A DNA stretch of 64,000 bases from Camelus ferus (GCF_009834535.1 NC_045696.1:10480001-10544000); one strand, 5' to 3'; shown: positions 1-13,806, numbered from the stretch's first letter. The notes: generated by a model from the letters alone, not told the origin. A program made the numbers and translations.

Positions 1-255
1 GTTACACGGACTAATAGGCTGTGAAGAATAGAGAACTTTAAATCAGCAGACATCTCAGCAACCATCCATCAGCCCCTTTGTAGTTCTAAGTGCTAAGGAG
101 ACAAGGGTAAGACTAGAATATGGTCCCACCACTCTAATAGCTAACAGGGTGAAACTAACGCTGTGGAGAGACAATGTTAAAAAGTGCTGAAAAGCAAACA
201 AAGAAAAAAATAAGTAAAATATTAAAAAATATAGAACTCAAACTTAAAAAAAAGG

Positions 256-400
256 TGGGGGTTCAAGGGTATAGCTTAGTGGAAGAGTGCATGCTTAACA
301 TGCACGAGGTCCTGGGTTCAATCCCCAGTACCTCCATCAAAGTAAATAAATAAATAAACCTAATTACCCCCCCACAACAAAAACAAATAAAAATTTTTTT
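256..400 (+). mobile_element. tRNA-derived SINE (camelid Vic-1-like)
   Basis: A-box TAGCTTAGTGG, B-box GGTTCAATCCC, (TAAA)n and AACCTAATTACC tail; homologous to six other copies in this window. Confidence 0.85.
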
Positions 401-423
401 TAAAAACTTATGCTTTAAAAAAA

Positions 424-1045
424 GTGCTGAACTGCTTTGGGAAGCAGTCTGGCAGTTCATCAAAGAACAACTTAAACATAAATTTGTCATGTGTGCTGGT
501 AATTCCAAGTCCTGTTTATATACCCAAGAGAACTGAAAACACGTCTACACAAAAACCTGCCATACACAGATGTTCGTGGCAGTATTATTCATACCGTATT
601 CAAAAAGTGGAAAAAACCCAAGTGTCCCTCAACCGATGAATGGATAAACAAAATATGGTAAATGCACACAATGGAGTAGTATGCAGCAATAAAAACAAGT
701 GGAATGTCCCTCCATGCTACAGGATGGATGAACCTTGAAAACACACTAGTGAAAGGAGCTAGTCACAAAGGGTCACACACTATATCATTCCACTCACATG
801 AAATCTCAGAAGAGGCAAATCCATTGACACAGAAAGAAGCTTAGCGATTTTCTGGGGCTCGGAGGGGATAGGGAGGAATGGGGAGTGACTGCTAAGGGGA
901 AAGGGACCTCTTTCTGGAGTGATGCAAATGTTCTGCAATGAGATAGTGATGATGGCTGTACAAATTTGTGAACATACTAAAAACTTTCAGATCCTACACT
1001 TTAAATGGGTGAATTGTTTGATATCTGAATTGCATCTGAATTGTT
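424..1045 (+). mobile_element. Old L1 3' fragment (end of ORF2 plus 3' UTR)
   Basis: Typical L1M motifs such as GATGAATGGATAAACAAAAT, GGATGGATGAACCTTGAAAA and GGGAGTGACTGCTAA. Confidence 0.8.
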
Positions 1046-1419
1046 TTTTTTTTTTATTTTTTGTTAAGTGCTAAAGTTGCAACACACACAGACTGCTAGG
1101 GCAGGACTAATGTAGCTTGGAGTTTGCTGTGAACTTCCTGTGTTCTTTGTACTGATGTCAATAGTGCTGCTTCTCTGCACAGCTTCCTGGAGCGCCCCAC
1201 CCCTCCCCGCTCCAGCTCTCCCGGTCATTGTGATTGGCCACAAAACTTCCTCTGGTTTTAAACAGAATCCATCCAAATGTAAACTGCATTTGTTGTATTT
1301 GGCAAATGCAATCCATTGTCACTTTTTAAAAGACCATATTGTCTAGCCCCAAGTTCTACATAGACTTTCTGGAAGGCTAGAGAAAGAAAGGGAAAATAAT
1401 AATTTATTAGAAAAAAAAG

Positions 1420-4400
1420 AAATATAATTGACCCTACAACACTGTGTTAGTTCCTGGTGCCCCACATAGTGATTTGATATTTCTATACATTTCAAAGGGA
1501 TCACCCCAAGAGATCTAGTTACCAACTGTCACCATGCAAGATTATAATATTGTTTCCTATACTGTGCATTTCATCCCTGAGACTCATTTATTTTGTAACT
1601 GGAAGTTTTTACTCCTTAAATCTCCCCCACCTATTTCATTCATCCTCACAGCCCCCTCCCCTTGGCAACCACCTGTTCGTCCTCTGTTTCGATGTTCCTG
1701 TTTTACGTTTGTTCATTTGTTAAGTTTTTAAGATTCCGCATCAAAGTGAAATCATATGATATTGTCTTTCTTTCACTCATTTCACTTAGCATAATACCCT
1801 TTGGTGCCATCGTTGTGGTCAAAAATTATAAGATTTCATTCCTTATGGATGAGTAATATTCCATTGTATATATACCACATCATCTGTATCTATTCATCTA
1901 TCTATGGGCACTTAGATTGTTTTCACATCTTGGCTATTGTAAATAATGCTGTGATGAACATAGGGGTGCATATATTTTCTCAAATTAGTGTTTTTGTTTC
2001 TTTGGAAAAATATCCAGAAGTGGAATTGTTGGATTATGTGGTAGTTCTATTTTTTATTTTTTGGGGAAACTCCATACTGTTTTCCACAGTAGCTATACCA
2101 ATTTACATCCCCATCCAACAGTGTATAAGTGTCCCCTTTATCCCACATCCTCATCAACAGTGTTTTTTTGTATATATATATATATATTTATTGAAGTATA
2201 ATAGTCATTCTGACAGGTGTGAAGGGATATCTCATTACGAATTTGCTTTGTGTTTCCCTGCTGATTAGTGACGCTGAACATCTTTTCATGTGCCTATTGG
2301 CTGTGTGAATGTCTTCTTTGGAAAAAACGTCTCTTCAGGTCCTCTGCCTATATTTTTTATTGAAGTGTAGCTGATGTACAATGTTATATAAGTTACAGGT
2401 ATACAACATAGTGATTCACAATTTTTAAAGGTTATTGTCCATTTATAGATATTATAAAACATTGGCTCTATTCCCTGTGTTGTACAATATATCCTTGTAG
2501 CTTATTTTATACATAAGAGTTTGAACCTCTTAATCCTCTACCCCTGTATGTCCCCTTACCCTTTCCTTCTTCCCACTGATAACCACTAGTTTGTTCTTTG
2601 TATCTGTCTTCTGCCTATTTTTAATTGGGTTATTTACTTTTTTGGTGTTGAGTTGTATGAATTATTTTTATATTTTGGATATTAACCCCTTACCAGATAT
2701 AATATTTGTAAATAACTTCTCCCATTCAGTAGGTTGCCTTTTTGTTTTGTTGATAGTTTCCTTCACTGTAAAAATGCTTTTTAGTTTGATGTTACCCCAG
2801 TTGTTTATTTTTGCTTTTGTTTCCCTTGCCGGTGGAGACATACCCAAAAAATACTGCTAAGACTGATGTCAAAGAACATACTCCCTATGTTTTCTTCTAG
2901 GAGTTTTATGGTTTTAGCTCTTACACTTAAGTCTTTAATCCATTTTGAATTATTTTTGTGCGTGTGTGAGAAAGTAGTCCAGTTTGATTCTTTTGCATGT
3001 AGCAGTCCAGTTTTCCTTACACAATTTATTGAAGAGGCTGTCTTTCCCCATTATACATTCTTGCCTCATTTGCCACAGATTAATTGCCCATGTAAGTGCG
3101 GGTCCATTTCTGGGCTGTCTCTTCTGTCCCATTGATCTATGTGTCTGTTTTTGTGGCAGTAACAAACTGTTTTGATGACTGCAGTGCACTTTGAAATCAG
3201 GGAGCATGGTATCTCCAGCTTTGTTCTTCTCTCTCAAGGTTGTCTTGGCTCTTCCGGGTCTTCTGTGATCCCATGCAAATTTTAGAATTGTTTGTTCTAG
3301 TTCTGTGAAAAATGCCATTTGTATTTTGATAGGGATTGCATTGAATCTGTAGATTGCTTTGTGTAGTATGGTTATTTTAACAGTATTAATTCTTCCAGTC
3401 CTTAAACATGGTATATCTTTTCATCTCTTTGTGTTGTCTTCAATTCCATTTACCAATGTCTTACAGTTTTTCAAGTATAGGTCTTCTACTTCCTTAAATC
3501 AATTTATTCCTAGGTATTTTATATTTTTAGACATGATTGTAAATGAGTTTGTTTTTCTTAATTTCTCTTTCTGATAGTTTATTGGTAGTGTACAGAAATG
3601 CAATAGACTTCTGTGTATTAATTTTGCATCCTTGTACTGTACCAAATTCACTGATGAGCTCTAGTCGTGTTTTGGTAGCATATTGAGGATTTTCTATGTA
3701 TGGTGTCATGTTGTCTGCAAATAGTGATAGTTTTATTTCTTCCTCTCCAATTCAATTTCTTTTATTTATTTTTTTCTTTGTTCAAATGCTGTGGCTAGGA
3801 CTTCTAATAATCTGTTGAATAAAAATGAGAGTGGACATCTTTGTCTTGTTCTAGATCTTGGAGAAATGCTTTCAGCTTTTTACCATTAAGTATGACATTA
3901 GCTGGGGACTTAACACATATGACTTTTATTATGTTGAGGTATATTCCCTCTATATATGCTTTTTTGACAATATTTATCATGAATGGATGTTGAATTTTGT
4001 CAAAGGTTTTTTTCTGCATCTATTGAAATGATCATATTTTTCAGTTTGTTAATGTGGTGTATTATATTGATTGATTTGTAGATATTGAACTATCCCTGCA
4101 TTGCCGGCATAAATCCCACTTGATCACTGTGTATGATCCTTTTAATGAATTGTTGAATTCAGTTTGCTAACATTTTGTTGAGGATTTTTGCATCTATGTT
4201 CATCAGGGATATTGGCCTGTAATTATCTTTTCTCCCCCGCTACCGTCTCTTCCTCTCTCCCTCTTCTTTCCATCCATCCTTCCTTCTTTCCTTTCTCTCT
4301 CTCTTTTTCTTTCTTTGTCTGGTTTTGGTGTTAGGGTGATCCTGGCCTTGGAGAATGAGTTTGGAAGCATTCCTTCCTCTTCAATTTTATGGAATAGTTT

Positions 4401-7400
4401 GAGAAGGATAAATGTTAACTCTTCCTTAAATGTTTGATTGCATTTACCTGTGAAGCCACCTGGTCCTGGACTTCCGTTTGTTGGGAGCTTGTTGATTTGC
4501 GACTCAGTTTCATTACTGGTTATCAGTCTGTTCATATTTTCTATTTCTTCCTGGTTCAGCCTTGGGAGATTATGTTTCTAGGAATTTATGCATTTCTTCT
4601 AGGTTGTCCATGTGATTGGCATAAAATTGTTCACAGTAATAACTTACGATCCTTTGTATTTCTGTGGTGTTGATTGTAACTTCTCCTCTTTCATTTCTGA
4701 TTTTATGGATTTGGGTTGGGCCCTCTCTCTTTTTCCTGGATGAGTCTGACTAAGGGTTTATCAATTTTGTTTATCTTTTCAAAGAACCAGCTCTTAGTTT
4801 CATTGATCTTTTCTATTTTTTTTAGCCTGTTTTATTTTTTTTTGCTCTGATCTTCCTGATTTCTTTTCTTCTACTAATTTTGAGTTTTGTTTATTCTTCT
4901 AGTTTTTCTAGATGTACGTTTAGGTTGTTTATGTGAGATTTTTCTTGTTTCTTGATGTAGGCTTTAGCCACTATAAACTTCCCTCTTAGAATGGCTTTTG
5001 CAGTGTCCCATAGATTTTGGATCATTGTGTTGCCACCTTCATTTGTATCCAGGTATTTTTTATTTCCCCTTTAATTTCTTCAGTTGTTTAATAGGATATT
5101 GTTTAGCTTCCGCACGCTTGTGGTTTCTGAAGCTTTTTACTTGTATTTGCCTTCTAGTCTCGTAGTGTTGTGGTCAGAAAAGATGTTTAATATAATCTCA
5201 GTTCTCTCAAATTTATTGAGACTTGTTTTGTGGCCTAGCACATGATCTATTTTGGGAGAATGTTCTATGTGCACCTGCAAAAAATGTGTATTCTGCTTTT
5301 GGATGGAATGTTGTATATATATGTCTATTAAGCTCATTTGGTCCAATGTGTCATTTAAGGTCAATGTTTCCATATTGATTTTCTGTTTTGATGATCTGTC
5401 TGTTGATGTAAGTGTGGTATTGAAGTCCCCTACTATTATTGTGTTACTATCAATTTCTCCCTTTATATTGGTTAATATTTGCTTTACATATTTAGGTGTT
5501 TCTATGTTGGGTGCATATATATTTACAATTGTTATATTTCTTGTTGGATTAATCCTTTGATCATTTATGTAATGTCCTTTATCTCTTGTTACAGTCTTTG
5601 TTTTAAAGTCTTTTTTGTCTGATATAAGTATTGCTACCTTGGCTTTCTTTCCATTTCCATGGAATACTTTTTTCTCATCTCTCACTTTCAATCTATGTGT
5701 GTCTTTAGATCTGAAGTGAGTCTCTTGTAAGCAGCATATAGATGAATCTTGTTTTTATATCCATTTAGCCACTCTGTGTCTTTTGATTGGAGCAGTTACT
5801 CCATTTACATTTAAAGTACTTATTGATAGGTATGTACTTGTTGCCATTTTGTTAATTGTTTTCTGGTTGTTTTTGTAGTTCTTTTCTGTTCCTTTCTTCT
5901 CTTGTGACTTGATAGCTATCTTTAGTGTTATGTTTGGATTTCTTTCTCTTTTGTGTATGCGTATCTATTATAGATTTTTACTTTGTGGTTACCATGAGGG
6001 TATAGGATTATTTTATGTTGATGATCTCTTAAATTAGAATACATTCTAACAACCCTGCATTTTCATCCCCCTTTCCCCACTTAATATATTTGACATCAAA
6101 TTCAAATCTTTTTGTTTTGTGTATCCCTTCATTATTTATTGTGGCTATAGATGATTTTACTACTTTTGTTTTTTAACCTCCTACTAGCTTTATAAGTGAT
6201 TGACCTACTATCTTTATTGTATATTTCCCTTTTCAAATGAGATTTTTCTTTTCACAGTTCTGTTATTTCTGGTTGTGGTCTTTTCTTTTCTGCATATAGA
6301 AGTCCCTTTAACATTTCTTATAAAACTGGTTTAGTTGTGCTGAACTCTTTTAGTTTTGCTTGTCTATAAAACTCTTAACACTCCTTCAAATCTGAGTGAA
6401 AGCCTTGCCAAGTATAGTATTCTTGGTTGTAGGTTTTTTCCTTTCATCACTTTAAATATATCATGCTACTTCTGGCCTGCAAAGTTTCTGCTGACAGTCA
6501 GCTGATAGCCTAATGAGAATTCCTTTGTGTGTAAGTAGTTGCTTTTCTCTTGCTGTTTTTAAGATTCTCTCTTTATCTTTAATTTTTGCCTTTTTAATTT
6601 TGCCTTTAAAATTTTAAATTTTACTTACAATGTGTCTTGGTGTGGATCTCCTTGGGTTCATCTTGTTTGGGACTCTCTCTACTTTCTGGACCTGGATGTC
6701 TGTTTTTTTCCCCCAGGTTAAGGAAATTTTCTGCTATTATTTTTTCAAATAAGTTCTCTGCCCCTTTCTTCTCTCTTTTTCTTCTGGGGCCCTTGTAATG
6801 TGAATGTTAATATGCTTGATATCATCCCAGAGTTCTCTTAAACTTTCCCAATTAAAATTTTTTTCTTTTTTTCTGTTCAGCTTGGGTGATTTCCACTACT
6901 CTTTCTTCCAGTTTGCTGATCCATTCATCTGTATCATCTAATCTACTGCTGATTTCTTCTAGTGTATTTTAAAATTTTAGTTATTGTGTTCTTCAGATCT
7001 CTTTGGTTCATATTTTTATTTTCTAACTCTTTGTTAAACTTCTCACTGTATTCACTCATCCTTCTCCTGAGTTCATTGAACATCTTTATGATAATTACCT
7101 GGGACTCTTTATTAGGTAGATTGCTTATCTCCACTTTGCTTAGTTCTTCTAGGGTTTTATCTTGTTCCTTCATTCGGAACATATTCCTTTATTGCCTCAT
7201 CTTGCCTACTGTGTTTATTTGTATGTATTAGGTAGCTTGGTTATATTTCCTGATCTTGGAGAAGTGGCCTTATGTAGGAGACATTCTATGGGGCCTAGCA
7301 GCACACTCCTCTCCAGTCATGAGACCTATATCCTCTAGGGCTGCCCTCTATGTGGGCTGTATGGGTCCTTCTGTTGTGGGACAGCTAACTACTGTGGGTG

Positions 7401-8348
7401 CCCTGGTAGGTAAGGCTGGCCCTTGGCCTAGTTGGCTGCGAGGTTCTGCCTTTTGCAGTGTCTGCTAGGCCACTGGTGGCAGAGGCTGGGTTCTGGGGTG
7501 CCTGGCTGTATGTGCTGGGGGATCCTGGGATGGGCTGCTGATGTGCTGGTGGCTGAAGCTGGGTCCCGAGGCAGCTGGCTGTGGGGACATGTCCTAGGAC
7601 ATCTGGCTGCAGGGCAGTGCTGGCCTGGTAGTGGGTGTGGCTGGCTGCTTGGCCTGGACGGCTGTGGGACTGAAGCTCACCAGCTGGTGGGAGAGGTAGG
7701 CCCCCAGAACTAACAGGCTAGAGGAAGTGATTTAAAATTGTGCTTTCCAGCATCAGTGTCCATGTGGTAGAATGAGCTTCCAAAAATGGCTGCCACCAGC
7801 ACTTATGTCCCCAGGGGCATCCCAGTGTCCTTCTGCTTCTCTGGGAGGTTCTCCAAGCTCAATAAGTGGGTATGACCCAGGTTTTCAAATTACTCCCTCT
7901 GTGCTGGGTCTTGGAGAGTGTGAGCTTTTGCACACAAAGAACAGAGTCTCTGTTTTTGACAGCCCTCTGGCTCTCCTGTACGCAAGCCCCGCTGGCCTTC
8001 CAAGCCAGGTATTCCAGGGGCTCATCTTTCTGGTGCAGGAACCTCCCTGGGCTGGGGGCCCAATGTGGGGCTCAGACCCCTCCCTGCTGGGGTAGAGTCT
8101 CTACAGCTGTTTTGAGCCTCCTGTTTGTGGATCGCCTACAGAGTGTATGCGTCTTCATCATACAACATCCCAACCCCTCCTCCCTGTCTCCTTGTGGTTC
8201 TTTCTTTAATCTTTAGCTGTGGAAAATCTTTTTTTGCTAGTCTTCAGGTGGTTCTTGTCTATAGTTGCTCTGTAACTAGTTGTAATTTTCGTATGTACAT
8301 GGAAGGAGGTGAGCTCAGGGTCTTCTTACTCTGCCATCTTCTTTGTCC
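1420..8348 (-). mobile_element. Near-full-length decayed LINE-1 (5' UTR about 8348-7250, ORF1 remnant, ORF2 endonuclease and RT remnants, 3' UTR)
   Basis: Endonuclease motifs NIYAPN, IVGDFNT and FSDHN (5137-5691). RT-region fragments SPGPGGFTG and FDKIQHPFM (3527-4535) and FFTELEQTILKF (2950-3318). ORF1-like peptide at 6943-7182. 5' end AAGATGGC motif near 8340. Many stops and frameshifts. Confidence 0.93.
2352..2609 (-). mobile_element. 5'-truncated L1 3'-UTR insertion nested in the large L1
   Basis: Begins with the T-rich poly(A)-signal end and is flanked by the direct repeat TCTGCCTAT (2343-2351, 2610-2618). Confidence 0.75.
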
Positions 8349-9062
8349 TTTGATTTTTTTTTTAACTGAAGTTTCTTTCACAGTATTTGGTCCATTCTTG
8401 TCACAGCTCTCTCTTTCTTTCTTCTTTACCTTTTGGCAAGAATGAAGTTGTGATAAATTAAACGGCATTTCCAGTGACTTTGAAAGCAGCAAACAAAACC
8501 CCTATTGATGGTGGTAGCGTCAGGACCCCAACACAGCAGGAAACTATAGACAAGAACCACCTGAAGACTAGCAAAAAAAGATTTTCCACAGCTAAAGATA
8601 TAAAGAAAGAACCACAAGGAGACAGGAAACAGTAGAGCCAATCTTTGAGAAAAAAATTGGGGGACATAGCAGCCCCTTAATTCTCATATCCTCTAAGGAT
8701 GGTCAGAGTAATAAATGATGACTGAGAACATTTGACCAAACACTGGATCGAGAAAATCCGTAGCACTAGGCTTTTATAAATAGCCAAAGAGTGAAATTTA
8801 AAAAACTGATTTGGTAAAAACATTCCATCCTTGGTCCTTGTGCTCAAAGATGGCTTTTAACATTAAAACAAAGTTTGCCACTGAGGGTATGACTTCTAAT
8901 TCACCCTTCTGCTGCTAACTAAAATAAGGGCTGCATTTTGGTAACAAGAAATAAAAACATTAAAAATAGGGATTAGAATTGAGATGCTGTAAAATTCTGA
9001 GTAACTTCTGATATACAACTGAAAGTGAAAAAACAACTTCAACTCAATTTAAAAGTAGTCAG

Positions 9063-9247
9063 ATTAGGGGGGAAAGGAGGGGGGAGGGGTAAACTGGGAG
9101 TTTGGGATTAGCAGATACTAACTGCTATATATAAAATAGATAAACAACAAGGTCCTACTGTATAGCACAGGGAACTATATTCAATAACTTGTAATAGCCT
9201 ATAATAAAAAGAATATGAAAAGGAATATATATATGTATGTGTGTGTG

Positions 9248-9279
<32 letters not shown>

Positions 9280-9340
9280 ACTGAATCACTATGCTGTACG
9301 CCAGAAATTAACACATAAATTGACTATATTTCAATAAAAA
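9063..9340 (+). mobile_element. 5'-truncated L1 3' end with TSD and internal TA/TG/CA microsatellite
   Basis: ACAAGGTCCTACTGTATAGCACAGGGAACTATATTCAA motif, AATAAA and A tail; TSD AAAAGTAGTCAG at 9051-9062 and 9341-9352. Confidence 0.85.
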
Positions 9341-9523
9341 AAAAGTAGTCAGGATGACCTTATACAATATAATCTTTTTCTTTTACCTGGAATGTTTTCA
9401 CTGATTTTGTTTTTCTCTTGCATATGTTTTATGGTGTTTTGTTAAACAGAATTAGCTCTGTGTAATCTGCATGTGTCAATGACTCTGATCTGTGGTGTAG
9501 CTGTCAGGTGTTTAAGGCTTCAG

Positions 9524-9615
9524 TGGAGAAGGGACTAGCTCAGCGGTAGATGTCTAGCATGCATGAGGTCCTGGGTTCAATCCCTGGTACTCCCATCAAA
9601 AAAAAAAAAATCAAG
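9524..9615 (+). mobile_element. Vic-1-like SINE, short form
   Basis: A and B boxes, A tail; TSD AAGGCTTCAG at 9514-9523 and 9616-9625. Confidence 0.85.
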
Positions 9616-9984
9616 AAGGCTTCAGGTTACCATTTTTTATTATCCATTATTTGCACAAACACTTCCTAGTACTAAGCACTGTGTTAGATGCTGGCACGGA
9701 GACAAGGGTAGCAGTGGGGAGAACTGTCTCCCAAATGACCAGTGGTGAGCAGCTTGGAAGCCTGGAGCAGTGCTTGGAGGCAAATGTTTGTGCCATGACA
9801 ATATGTCCCAGAGGGTCTCACAACCCTGAATAACTTCTGACCTTCTTGTAAAAGCAGAGGGTGATGGATGGACCCTGTTAGCTGGGTTTTAAAAGCAAGC
9901 GTGACACCTTTAACAGCTAGAGAACTAGAAGACAGACGGGGGAGCAGGTTAACAGGTACTTAGGACCTTTCATACCTGCTCTGA

Positions 9985-10110
9985 CAGAGTAGTGGTCTGT
10001 ACCTTGGCTGCACACTGGAATAACCTGGGAGAGCTTTCAAACATAGTGATGCTTGAATCCAATTCCAGAAAGCTGGAACTGACTGGTCAGGGTGAGGCTG
10101 GGCACAGCTG
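9985..10110. mobile_element. MER5-like hAT DNA transposon relic
   Basis: CTTGGCTGCACACTGGAATAACCTGGGAGAGCTTT resembles the MER5A consensus as recalled. Confidence 0.5.
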
Positions 10111-10697
10111 TGAGAAGGAACGGGGTGCTCGGAGGCGGATCCGGTCTCGGGGGGGCGGGGCAGGAGCCCCATGGAGAGGTGCAGCGAGCGCCTCCTGCAA
10201 GGCTGGGCTGCCCAGAAGGAGCCGGCAAGGGGAGGGCTGGGGACCAGGGAGGCTGGCCCAGGCTGGCTTCCCTCAGGGGGCCTTTCAAACAAACAGGACC
10301 CATGCTTCTGCTACAATGTTTTCGGGGTGGCCCACAAGATGACCTGCTGAATCCCTTCCTGGTCTCAGAATTTTTGGACATTTTCTCACCAGGGCGGTGC
10401 CTCCCTCTTTCACTTCTTAGCTGCAAAGTTTGCAGTCTCAGCAGCCAGTTGCCCACATCCTCCTCAACACAGCTGGGCTCCAGAGACTCAACAAGGCCAC
10501 AGAATCTACGCCGGGTGCCAGCAGGGCACAGGCCACCACCTTGTCAAGCATCCAGGATGAATACTTAGTGTGGCTCCTGCCGTCAGCCTTGGGTTTCAGT
10601 ACATGGCTTCAGAGGGTCATGTGGGAAGTTTGGCCATAAAAAAATAAAAGAGGTAAAAAATGTCAAGTATTTATTGCAAAGCCTGGCCTTTACTCCC

Positions 10698-10795
10698 TCA
10701 GTGCCAGCTGGGACAATCAAAAGTGTTTCCAGACATTGTCAAATGTCCCGCGTGAAACAAAATGCCCTCTCCTTTAATTAAGAACCACTTCTCTA
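10698..10795. mobile_element. MER20-like DNA transposon fragment
   Basis: GACAATCAAAAGTGTTTCCAGACATTGTCAAATGTCC...AGAACCACT. Confidence 0.6.
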
Positions 10796-10929
10796 GTAAT
10801 GAGGTTACTCTAGAAGTTTTTAATATACTGATCCATGTCTCAAATTCATCTTCTTTGAAATACAAGAGGACCTTCGAACACTTCATTTTCAAGTGCTCTC
10901 CTCTCTGTGTTTCAGCTGTTTTTTAAACC

Positions 10930-11570
10930 TAGAATATTTATTATTGTTGTATGCAGCCAAAGGTTGTTTAGATTTACTCACCTATTTACCAGTTTCTTTC
11001 CTTTATTTCTTCTTACATATCATAACTTCCATCTGGGAATGGTTTCCTTCTGCCTGAAATAAGGTTTTTGATGTCAAAACCCCTCAACTTTGTTTGTCTG
11101 TCTTTATTTTATCCCTTTTCCTGAAAGATATTTTTTGCAGGCTATTCAATTCTAAGTTGACAAAGATTTCTGATGTACTTGGAAGAGATTCGAACACTTT
11201 TTGGCTTCTAATACTGCTGAGAAATCATCCAGAAATGTAATTGTTCTTCCTCGGAAGGTAATCTGCCTTCTCTGTTTTTGTTGTCCTGCACTTTGACTCT
11301 GATGTGATTTCTTCTTATTTATCCAGCTAGGAATTTGTTGAAATTCTTGAATTTTTCGAGTGGTGCTTTTCATCAGCCATTATCTTTACAGATATTCAAA
11401 TATTGCTTTTGCCTCATCTTTTTTTTCCTCACATCTCCTCCTGAGACTGTGATGAGACATGTAACAGATCATCTCACTCTATCCTCATGTATCTTATTTA
11501 TTAACCTCTTATAGTTTCCATTCTTATGTTTCTCTGTACTGCATCCTTGATAATCACTTCAGCTCTACCC
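10930..11570 (-). mobile_element. Ancient L1 fragment (ORF1 region)
   Basis: T-rich on the plus strand; degenerate ORF1-like peptide IQEFQQIPSWINKK...ITFRGRTITFLDDFS (11152-11373). Confidence 0.55.
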
Positions 11571-11576
11571 TCCCAG

Positions 11577-11992
11577 TGATGGTTAATTTTATGCGTCAAC
11601 TTGGTGAGGCCATAGTACCCAGATTTGATCAAAAACCAGTCTGAATGTTGCTGTGAAGCTTGCTTGTTTTTGTTTTTTAAACATGAGATTAGCATTTAAA
11701 TCAGTAGACTTTAAGTAGAAACAGATTACCCTCGACAATGTGGGCAGGTCTCATCCAATCAGCTGAAGGCTTTAAGAGAAAAAAGACTGAGGTCCCCAGG
11801 GGAAGGGGGTAATTCTGCCTCCAGACTGCCTTTGGACTCAACTGAAACATGGACCCCTCCCTGGATCTCTTGGCTGTCAGTCTGCCCTACATATTTCAGA
11901 CTAGTCAGCCTCCCATAATTCCCTAATATAAATGTCTCTCTCTCTCTCTATGCACACATCCTATTGGCTCTGCTTCTTTTCTTGACTAATAT
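11577..11992 (+). mobile_element. MLT2-like ERVL solo LTR
   Basis: Start TGATGGTTAATTTTATGCGTCAACTTG, internal CAGATTACCCTC...TCCAATCAGCTGAAGGC, end CCTATTGG...TGACTAAT. Confidence 0.75.
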
Positions 11993-12076
11993 GTTCCTCC
12001 TTCTGCCCAGTTTATTTTCTCTTCAATTTTTCCTAATCTGCTGTTAAGTCCATCCTCTGACTTTTAAATGTCAATT

Positions 12077-12258
12077 ACAGTGGGGGGTTAGGGGCACTGA
12101 CCCCCTGCACTGTTGAAAATCCATGTTGTAACTTTACAGTCATCCTTTGTAGCCATAGTTCCGTCTGTGGATTGTGTAGGGCTGTAGTATGTATTTATCG
12201 AAAAAAAATCTGCATATAAGTGGACCTGCACAGCTCAAATCTGTACTGTCAACTGTAT
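12077..12258. mobile_element. Tigger-derived MITE (MER8-like)
   Basis: Termini TACAGT...ACTGTA with TA target sites; GGGGTTAGGGGCACTGACCCCC and ATAAGTGGACCTGCACAG motifs. Confidence 0.65.
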
Positions 12259-13800
12259 TATATTTTTCATCTCCCAGATGTCTATTTACCACCTCCTACA
12301 CCTCTCCCCCCAACCCCTGCCACCAAATCTGTTTGATCGTTTCTTAACTCTCCAGATTGTAATGACTGCTCCCCATTATTCTCTCTCCTTGTGGGAGAAT
12401 CATACATCCGACTGGTCCTACGTGACTCGCAGCTCCTCCCTGGGGAGGAGTCCACCTCCCTACTCTCCTGACATTGGCTTGGCCATATCTCTGGCTGAAG
12501 GAAGTGGGAAGCAGGGACAGGCTCCAAGTCCAGGCAGGAGCTCTAAGCAGGGACAGGCAGGCAGTTGTTTCCCCACTCGGCATGTCCTCCAGCTTAGATC
12601 CTAGAATTAAGGCATCACTGAGATTACAAGAGACCCATTGTTGACCGCCAGCCACACATAAAATGAGTGAAGAAGAAGTCTTTGTTTTCAGAGCCACTGA
12701 GATTTGGGGTTCCTGTGAATCATTCAGCCTCTTGTGCTGTCCTGATGTTATCTTCTCACATTTATTTGACTGCACAGCATGCTGTGTATTCTCTGACTGT
12801 TCGTATCAGGATCTGAAGTCAGGGCGGGTTTGGCTCAGCTGCCTGGGGCTTCTGCTGGCTCTCGCTTGTGATGCTTTCCTTTCGGGCTCGCGATTTGTAA
12901 CTGTTAACCCTGAAGTTTTATTTGACCACCTGGAGGGTGTGTCATTTTGAGCCCCTAAAAACAGAGAGGGGTTCACACTTGCACGATGGAGATTCCACAG
13001 ACACATGAGGGGGATTTAGGCAGGGATCAGATGAATAATGAGGTGTCTCCTTTCCTTCTCCCAAGCCTATGCATAGAAGTTCACAGTCCTTGTCCTCTTC
13101 CTTCAGGGAAGAAGAATTTACTGGGGAAGAGGATTGCTTTCTCCCTTGTTGTAAGACTAGCCCCAGACCAGGATCAGGGGACACCGAGAGCCCAAAACAC
13201 AATGCTTGCTCCCTCACCTCGTTATTGAAAGCAATGTAAAAATACTGAACAGGTCAAGAAACTTCTGGTCTATTTCCCCCATGATGTTTCATTTAAAAAA
13301 TGTCAAATTATTTCAAAAAGTACTTTTTCTCTCTTTTAGGGAACTTTGATGAATCTGCTTTATTGGGCAATCTGGCCCAGAAGAAGGGACATTTGTTGCT
13401 AACCTAGGTTTGTGCAGTCAGTCATACCCATGAGATTATGTTGCTGGTAGGACTAGCTACTGTTCACTGAGTGACTGCTCTGTGCTGGCGCAGGCGTGGG
13501 CATTTTTCACAGAGTGACACTACTCCTTGGGTCTTTTCATCCCCACATACAGATGAGGAAACCGAGCGGTCATGGGCCAGTAAGTGTCCGAGGTGGAATT
13601 CAAAGCCCGGGGCCTTCTATTCTCTGAAGCTTCCCAGATGCCATGGGGCCCCTGCACCAGGCACAGTCCCTGGTTGACCGCAGACAGGGACTGAGGAACA
13701 TCCTCTGAATGAATGGACATTAAACATGACGCATGAGAACCTTGTTCAATCTGACAGTCACACAGATGCAGTATCATTAATACACACAGATTAAATAAAC

Positions 13801-13806
13801 TTTAAT
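13801..13806 (-). terminator. Putative IL10RB polyadenylation signal ATTAAA
   Basis: ATTAAA on the minus strand about 420 nt after the stop, followed by T/GT-rich sequence (GTTTATTTAATCTGTGTGTA). Confidence 0.55.

Noticed and set aside
256..340. tRNA gene-like A/B boxes here and at the other SINE copies
   Set aside because: They carry SINE tails and often TSDs, with a degenerate cloverleaf; they are retroposons, not tRNA genes.
2950..7182. L1 ORF1/ORF2 as functional genes
   Set aside because: Fragmented by stops, frameshifts and a low-complexity insertion near 4240-4320.
1..13700. Start of IFNAR1, expected downstream by synteny
   Set aside because: No IFNAR1-like signal peptide exon or CpG island found; the GC patch near 10120-10290 is short and lacks a matching ORF.
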